From NCBI GenBank assembly GCA_039621445.1, contig CP154954.1:19826642-19890641 (forward strand): a stretch of 64,000 nucleotides of DNA, given 5' to 3'. The stretch comes from Euglena gracilis (Eukaryota). The translations under genes were made by a program, and so were the position numbers. Below the pieces are notes generated by a model. That model ran no database searches and was not told where the DNA came from. It was given only the letters and a program-made list of their open reading frames with translations. Below, one piece after another: positions 56,101-64,000 of this stretch (positions are counted from its first letter, which is position 1; each line of letters begins with the position of its first letter).

Positions 56101-59100
56101 GTAATCTGCAAACCCGTCGTCTGTGTGGTCAGTTTGTGAAATCGCACAAGTAATTCACCACTTCGGACCACTTGCACGACTGTGGGAACGTCTGTTCCCG
56201 TAATTACACAAGTGGAATATTCCCGCAGTTGCCCAAGTGGTTGGTTTGCACATTTTGCAACTGCTTTGTGTGTGCAGTTGCGCACGGAGACCGACAGGGA
56301 CAATTTTTTTAAAAAAAATCAAAGTGCAAGCTCGCCAAGCAGCACACATGGTGCACGTTTGAAAGTTGTGTGTGTCGAAAGACCGGGAAAAAAAGCCCGC
56401 GTTCCATGTTCCATGGCTTATGCAGTGCATCCAACCAAGTCAGGCGGCCCATCTTGCACTTGAAACGGCATTGGTTTTGCGGAATTGTGCAAACGGACCG
56501 TTTGTGTTTTTTGAAAGTCCCAACAAATTGCACCTAAACCTGTTAATTTGATCAGGATGTGGTCTGGTGCCCGGACGGTAGAAGGTGGTTCAAAGATTTT
56601 GACCAATACGGTATTCATGAGGCAGGTGTCCCAAACAGCACACCCAGTCTGTGTGCTTGGGAAACTCCCAACGGCTGCCTCATCAACTTGGGGTGGCGTG
56701 GGGCAGACGGCATCGAGCCCTCCCCAACAACGTACACTTAGACGCCGGGGAACAACGTTCGCATGGGCAGTCGGGGCCGAATCGCTCGGGGGCCGGGCGG
56801 CCCCTCTCCGTCTTCCCGGGGGGTGAATGCCGGCCCGCACTGCCGGGCCTGCCCCCCAGCGTGCCGGCCGCAGTGGCTCTGGGGCATCGACACCCCCGGG
56901 CTGGACCCCCCGGCGGCGGCGTTCCACGCGGACCCGGAGCTGGGCTCAGGGGCTTTCTTAAGCTGGGGGGGTCCTACCCCCCCCCCGGGGGGGGTCCAGC
57001 CAGCCAGCACGTTTTATCCAGCCAACAACTCCCCCCCCCCGTGTTCGCCGAAATGAAGTTGGGGCTGGGACAAAAAACCGCCAAAATTTCTTTCGAAAAA
57101 AGTTGGGGGAAGGGGCCAAAAAAGGTATTTTTTGAGCGGATTTGGGGCTTTCACCCGATGTTTTTTTTTGAAAAGTCCCAACCCAGCTGAAATTGCACTT
57201 TTCTTTTTGCCGTTTTTCGGGTTTCAGACAGGTCCAGCTGCCTGCCCCCCCCCCAGACCCCCCCCAGAGGGATTCCAACCATCACCTTTTTTCTCCGGCT
57301 GCACCTTTTTCCAGCCGGCCCATGCCCCCCCCCCCCGGGGGGGTCCATAAGAAAGCCCCTGGCTTGGCTTCAAGCTGTTCCTCACGGGCCACCTGCGCCG
57401 GGGCAGGGCCCCGTGTGCGGTGGACGTTGCCGACTACGTGCTGTGGAAGTGCAATTGGGTGCGTCCCCTGTGGCCTGGCCCTCGGTGGGGGCTGGAATGT
57501 CGCGGCAGGTTTTATCCGTTGGAGGCTGGCAGGCGCCGGAGGAGGAGGAAGAGATCTGTGTGGTGCGCTCCGGTGCAAAAGCTATGACGTCCAATATGTT
57601 CATGTGGGACGAGTAACCCACGTGTGCACGCAAACCAATCACCCCCCACCAATTGAAATTGCGCTTCAATTTTGGATTTTGGTATTCGTTTGGGTTTGCA
57701 TCATTTTGGGGACTGTGTTTAATGGATGGCCACCTTTGGAAATTGCCATTTTGTTGTTTTCACTGCAAAATTGCTGGAAAGAGCAACAATAAAAACCCAT
57801 GGGTGTTGTGCTTTGCCCCATTGGGATTTGTCTTTTTTTAATTTAACGGCTGTCAATCCATGCAAAGTTTGGAAAGGGTCACCGTGTCTTCCAGGGTTCA
57901 CCCATCCGACCAATACAACTACCAGCGATGAGAACCCCAAGCTCCAATGTCTTTTCCGGGCTTCTGCTTAAGGAAGTGGGGGGGTTGCTATGGGCAGGCA
58001 GGGAGGGGGGGGAGGCAGGGGGTTGAAAGTGGGTTGGCAGTGCTATGGCACACCCCCCGGTGCTGAAAGACGCCAGGAGTCCGAAAACGACCATTTTCAA
58101 AAGACATGGGTCGGAGGGAATTTTCAAGGCTTGGTTGGCAGGCACCGATGTCCGAACGCCCCCTCCCCGAGGGGGGTGCTCGCAATGAGCAGGCACCCCA
58201 TAGCACCCAACCCCCAGGGGGGTTGGCAAACAGAAGCCTGGTCTTTTGTTATCTTATAACTCAGCCATTCTCCCTAAGTCAGCTTAATTGTTCCTTCGAC
58301 ATTTGTAAGCTGAAGACGATCCCAAGGGTTAATCGAGCTACGATTGCTTTCTCGTTTGCTTGCTCTACTCAGCTTCGCCACCATTTCTATGTTCCAATTT
58401 TAAAACTCCGTTCATCCCAGTGCTTGTTGACTCCCACGGTGGATCACTTCGGGTTTTCCCTCCTCCAATCTCCGTCCACCACCCATTCACTCAGCCATCT
58501 GCACGCACAGGGAGAGGCAAGAACGTGCACACACATACAGAAACCCACATGCACACACATATACACACAGACACATACATACACACATAATTGCATACAC
58601 ACAACAACACATATGCAGACGCGTGCATCCACACAGACATGCATACACAATCACACACATATGCAGACACATGCACACACGCATACATATATACACACAT
58701 ACCGACACACACATACATGCATTCACACATCCACACATACAGGCACATGCATACACATATACACACAGGCACGCACATATGCATAAACACACATACAGAC
58801 ACAAACATCCACACAGGTGCGCACAGACACAAGGCTTTTCCTCTTGGCATTTTTCTTTTTTGTTGCATCCATGCATCCAATGCATTTCGGAAGCGGGGGG
58901 TTGCTGCCAGGGGCCGACGGATGACATCCAGCTGATCCTGCGGCAGTTTATGGGAGAGGCCGACCACGGTGTGGCCTGGCACCCCATGCAGCCACTGCTC
59001 CAATTTCCCTCCCTCCCAAGGTTGTGGAAAACATTTTTTCCAGTTGTATACAACTTTCATGGAACACAACCAGTGTGCATCACATACTGCACATGTCACA

Positions 59101-59807
59101 TGATGTTCACTTGCTGTGTTTGCTGACACATCGGCGTCCACGCAGCTCCGCATGCGTGTGCATTGCACACATGCGTTGATGGGACCCTTTTGGCCCTCTC
59201 TCCCTGCTGCCCATGCCCGGGCACCGCCTCCCTCCCTGCCGCCCGCAGGCGACCCGCGGGCGGCGGCCCGGGCGGCGGAGTGCTTCCTCGGGTTGGCCGC
59301 AGAGCACGGCTTCGACCGCCTCGTGCTGGACCCACTGCCGCTGCCCGCCGGAGCCCCCGGCCAGGCTTTTTTTTTTTAACTCGGAAGACCCCCCGAGGGA
59401 GGTCCCACGCCCCCACAGCGTATGTCCTACGTCCAGGGTATGTCCCTACAGCGCTGGAATTACCCCAGAGTTGCTCACCGGGCGAGGGGGAGCCACACAC
59501 GAGCACTGGTGTCAGGGGTCCCTGGCCACTCACCACACAAATTGGGCCAGAAGCGAAGAAGTTAGTGCCGGCCATAAACCGACAAGAAGCCTTGGTGCAA
59601 CTGAGGGGGTACTGGGTGGGGGGGGGGAACCCTCCGGGGACCTTAAATAGGAAGCCTGCTCCCGGCACCTTGACGCGGCCGCTCCACTTCCCGGGGGAGG
59701 GGCCGATCATTGCCACCAATTTCCGGCCGGAGAGTTTCCGTGGGCCTCGGCTAAGGGTGGTCGCCCCCCCCCCTCTTTTGGTTTCCCTGCTGTTTGAGCA
59801 ACGCTGA
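51679..59807 (+). CDS. Circularly permuted ribosome-biogenesis GTPase (RbgA/YlqF/MTG1 family), probably organellar
   Basis: Exons from ATG 51679 (Arg/Leu/Ser-rich N-terminus): 52208-52362; 52482-52593 (DVLVDVRDARL); 53030-53082 (PQSSLHP); 53430-53509 (HIVCYTHAE, G4 position); ~54182-54301 (ALVAGLPNAGKSSL, G1); 55640- (VACKPGTT, G2); ~56865-56943 (IDTPG, G3); 57367-57458 (GFKLFLTG...ADYVLWKCN); ~58905-58968 (PTDDIQLIL); 59249-59358 (AAECFL...RLVLD); 59664-59807. The G4-G1-G2-G3 order is diagnostic. Confidence 0.88.
52597..53024. mobile_element. hAT-like MITE forming non-conventional intron ~52594-53029
   Basis: TIR caggcttctgcttaa / ttaagcaaaagcctg. Perfect 8-bp TSD gcggctac at 52589-52596 and 53025-53032. 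Lies inside the DARLP motif. Confidence 0.9.
56947..57361. mobile_element. hAT-like MITE forming non-conventional intron 56944-57366
   Basis: TIR caggggctttctta / taagaaagcccctg. TSD gctgggct / gcttggct (7/8). Removal gives DPELGFKLF. Confidence 0.88.
57957..58240. mobile_element. hAT-like MITE (intronic copy)
   Basis: Termini cgggcttctg / cagaagcctg. TSD gtcttttc / gtcttttg (7/8). Confidence 0.8.
59362..59658. mobile_element. hAT-like MITE forming probable intron 59359-59663
   Basis: Termini caggcttttt / aggaagcctg. TSD cccccggc / ctcccggc (7/8). Removal keeps the GTPase frame open to the stop at 59807. Confidence 0.75.
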
Positions 59808-61918
59808 GACATCCATTTGCCCAGGTTCAAAACGGTTTGAAAGGCAGGGCGGAGACGCAAAAAAGGATGTATCTGTTAATGTTTTCATCGAGTCAAGAAA
59901 GATGAACAGGGGACACAGAGGCAGCACCAGGTTGTTGATCTCGAGTTGGCGTGCCACGCGCTCGGGTGTGTGGCCATGGATGACCCAGCGGGTGTCCAGG
60001 GGGTGTACATGAAATGTCCCTTGGACATTTCATGTACCTCACCCCACAGTCAGCCTCCAGTCCCAAGGCCTCTCTCAGCCCATTGGGTTGTGATCGTGTG
60101 TGTGCACACTGGCACTTCCCCACCCATGTAGCAATGCCCCAGCTAGCTCTACCGCAAAAAAATTGAAGCCAGTCCTGTGAGAGTGCACTTTGTGACAATA
60201 AGCTTTATCTGGCTCCTTTCATATCATAAGGGATCAATCAGGCAAGAGATTTTCTTTTGTTCTCAAGGATTGGCCTCTTTTTGCACAGCACGTTGCAGCA
60301 GAGCAGGGGGTAGGGCAGGGGCATTCAGGGGAGGGGAACGCAAATGCGTTTGTATTTTTTGATTTTGGCAAAAATTGCGTTTTTTTTTTGGCGCTTTTTT
60401 TTTGCATTTTTCCCCGCGATTTTCGGATTTTTGTTGGAAAATTTTTGACCATGAAAAATTCCTTATTTTGTCCCCGATTTTCCCCGAGACCTAAAATTTT
60501 GTCAAATTTTTTTGTCATTTATGCTTTCTGGGGCAAAAAAAATGCTTATGCTAAGTCCTTTCTTTTTTATTTTTAAGTCCTTTTTTATTTTGTTTTTATT
60601 TTTATGCTAACTCCTCTCCAGTGGAAAAGTGTACATCCTGGGGGAGCTCCTAAAGGATTTTACATGCAATTTTTTGTGTTTTTTTTTTTGCTTTCTTTTG
60701 TGTTTATTTGCGGTTTTTTTGCGGCGCGGTTTTTTTTTTTGAGGGTCCACGTTGTGCCCCCCCCCCTTGGGGCATTGCTGCGTAGGGTGGGGCTGCGCCA
60801 GTGTTCACACACCATCACCTCTACCAATGGGCTGGCAGAGAGTATAAGGTTGCTGATGACTCAAATCCCTTGATGTCAATACTAAAGGTTGCAATGCAGA
60901 AGTTTAAAATCCACTGCATTGATCAAGATTCAATAATGTCTTTGCCAAGGCATCGACGTCGGATTGCCTGTGCAATACATATGCAGCCACTTCAATGAAT
61001 AATGTCTGGCACCTTCGCCGAAGGCGATTCGGGATGTCCTGTGTGAGGATCCCATTTGCCAGCAGGCATTCTTGTCGGATTTGGTTCAGCTTGAGAAGGG
61101 GGCCACACCACCCCCGTTCCCCCCTTGTTCCACTTCCCCACACGACCCATTTTGTTTTGCCCACGTTTTTGTGCGGCCCCCCACGGGCACCAGGCCCCCC
61201 GCCCCGCCGCAGCCCCCCACCGCCCCCCCTCACCAGCCCCCGCATCCCCACCGCCCTGTCTGTCAAAGCCCCTGTTTCTTTAGATGTTCTCATGGGTCGC
61301 TTTCATCATTCGCGAAGTACACGCTGATTTTTGCCTCAATTTTTTCTGTCTGGTGCATTTTCTTCCACCATTCCATTTCTTCTCCCCAACCACCACCACA
61401 TTCTTCAGAATTTCCACCATGTTACTCTCCAAAATTCTCCTCGAGGTTCCAAAAATCAACCTCCTGTTTAAAAGGGGTCTTGCCCACAGGGAATCAATTG
61501 TCGGTCAGAAGTGAAGAACACATCTCCTTCTTGCTTTCTTTAAAAGTGAACCAGCGGTGCTACGCTGAGGTGTGCGTGCATACATACGTGTGTGTGTTTG
61601 TTTGTGTGGGTGGGTGGGTGGGTGGGTGGATGTGTGCATTAGCGTGAGCTGCATCCTTCCTTGGGGGTTAAAACCAGAGCCCTGTGCGAGGTTTCTGGTC
61701 TGAACCTGAAGATGACGATGCCTCGCTGGGGACTCCTCACGTGGCTGGTCTGTTCTTATTCCGAACGCAAATTGTGGCTTCTTTGCAACCTTTATCAAGT
61801 CGGCCACGGTTACGAGACTATCCAAAAGTGGAAGTGCTTTCGACTTTCTGGCCCACTGTGATCAACCCCGGCTCCACCAGTCAGCCCACTGCATGGACCG
61901 CCACCTCATATTCAATTT

Positions 61919-62243
<325 letters not shown>

Positions 62244-62510
62244 TTGATTGGTTGTTGTGATTGATAGGGTTGACAGGATGGAGGGACATTGCTGCAGGGT
62301 TCCCTGCTGAGGAGGCTCTGGGCACTGAAGTGCAGGCGTGGTACAACCGGCTGCCGGCAGGGTCTGCCGCCACGGACAACGTGCCGGCTGGCGAAGCGGT
62401 TGGCGGCGCCGCAGCCAGTCCACCCGATGCCCAGCGACCGGATGAGGCCCTGTGGACTGAATCAATCTGCAATCCCCGCCCTTTTCTGGAAGTCGGAGAC
62501 TGGTTGCAAC

Positions 62511-62611
62511 CAGGGTTCAGTATAAGGAGGGTTTACAGGGTTCAGGAGGAGGGGGATGCCCCCCATCCCCCCCCCTGACCCTCCCTCCACCTGCCCTTAT
62601 ATTGAACCCTG
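62511..62611. mobile_element. Short CAG...CTG TIR element (related copy 51412-51649)
   Basis: TIR cagggttcagtataagg / ccttatattgaaccctg, with the duplicated flank ggttgca. Confidence 0.7.
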
Positions 62612-62788
62612 GGTTGCAGATCAGGAGAGTGAGAACTGTTAGGGACCGGTGCTGAATCTGAACTCCGGCGTTATTTTTCTCCAAGATTGCTTTCTCCTTC
62701 TTTGTGCAATTTTTTTTAATTTTTTCAACTCAATTTAAAAACGGCCATGGTCGTGGTTGGGGGCAGAGGTTTTTTAAGTTTTGTGCAG

Positions 62789-63288
62789 GCAGTGCTTCCG
62801 GGCACTGCCTCGCCCCGGCCCTGTTGTCCAGCAGCAACGCCGCCCCGACTGCGCCAGCCCCCACCCAGAAGGTGCCTGCCCGTTTGCCCCGGAGCACGCC
62901 TCTCCAGCTCCCCCAGCCCGTCCATTTGCGTCACGGCTGCTCAACACAGACTTGGCAACAGTTTCCTCCAGTACGGTGCTGCTTTCCCCTCCCGGGCAGG
63001 CAGGGGACTCGCGTCCCTCGTTCAGGACCGCCCTGGCAGCCCGGCGTTCCACGCCCCCGTGACCCCGAGGACCTCTGGCTTGGTCCGCAGTTTCCAAAGC
63101 GACGGTCCCTGGACCGTACGAGTTGAGCCCCCACTGCAGTATGATGGGGGCTGGGGGGTTTTGTTTTTTTTGTTTCCTGCAGCTGTTCTTACAACGATCA
63201 TTTTTTCCTGGGGAGGGGAAAGAGTGCCGAATGCCATGTCGGATTCACATTTGAACGCACATGCAATTGCCCATTCCCTGATGCATGG

Positions 63289-63359
<71 letters not shown>

Positions 63360-63730
63360 CGCGCATTCGTGCCAGTGTGTCTCTCTTGGCATGGTTGAAA
63401 GTTCGATTGTGCAGAAATACACACACATACATATACATATAACATGCATGCACATATGTTTATACATTATATACATATATGTATGTGTATAATCGAACCT
63501 TCAACCATGCAATTATATATATATTCAACTCTACATGTAATTCAATTATATATTTTATTGCAGGCGCATTTTTCACACCTCGGGTTGGGTTGGAATTTCC
63601 TTCAGCTGAATAATGGGATGCCCCAGACCCCACGTGACACCGCGCTTGAGAATGCGCTGCGTGTGTTGCGCACTGTCCCGTTCGCTGTTGTCTTGGAGGT
63701 GCGGGACGCTCGCATCCCACGGTCAACACA
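62789..63730 (+). CDS. Second RbgA/YlqF/MTG1-type GTPase paralog, 5' part (continues beyond window)
   Basis: The exon 63606-~63730 after an AG acceptor reads ...ALENALRVLRTVPFAVVLEVRDARIPRSTH, the VxEVRDARIP motif. The upstream GC-rich block ~62789-63140 is a candidate presequence exon; ~62268-62510 may also belong. Confidence 0.7.
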
Positions 63731-64000
63731 CAGGGAGCTCTGGCACCCCATTTTTAAATCAATTTTGAGCTTGACGAGGGCAGGACCACAAGAGCTGCGC
63801 TCCTGCAATGTGCGGGGGAGTGTATGCTTTGTTTTTGATGGGCCCGAGGCCATGGGCTCAGAAGAGCAAAACCCCCTCTCAATATAAAGCTCCCCCAATA
63901 TACACCCTCCAAATATAAGTCCCCCCCGATATGCAAGCAGATGATGGTGCCATTCAGGAAAAATTGCAGAATTTGGGGTGTATACCACATTTTTTCCCTC

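Overview
This is eukaryotic nuclear DNA. Short GC-rich exons sit in long repeat-filled introns, and conventional GT/GC-AG introns are mixed with non-GT-AG introns whose ends base-pair. That intron type indicates a euglenid (Euglena-like) genome (inference). Hand assembly gives six + strand genes: two tandem class I SAM-methyltransferase (Methyltransf_24-like) paralogs (~1.2-10 kb partial, ~19-23.6 kb), a TMEM230/TMEM134-like gene (32.0-36.2 kb), a hypothetical multi-exon gene (38.6-47.6 kb), and two tandem RbgA/YlqF/MTG1-type circularly permuted GTPases (51.7-59.8 kb; 62.8 kb onward, partial). The main observation is that at least four non-conventional introns are intact CAG...CTG terminal-inverted-repeat (TIR) MITEs with 8-bp target-site duplications (TSDs), an hAT-like signature. 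The intron takes 3 nt of the left TSD and 5 nt of the right, which restores the exon exactly and would explain the N3-CAG...CTG-N5 splice consensus. One such intron is absent from the adjacent paralog. There is also a CTTAGGCGG-terminated TIR family with 5-bp TSDs, a probable 29-nt intron, and many satellites and fold-back repeats. All exon boundaries were derived by hand without transcripts and may be off by a few nt.
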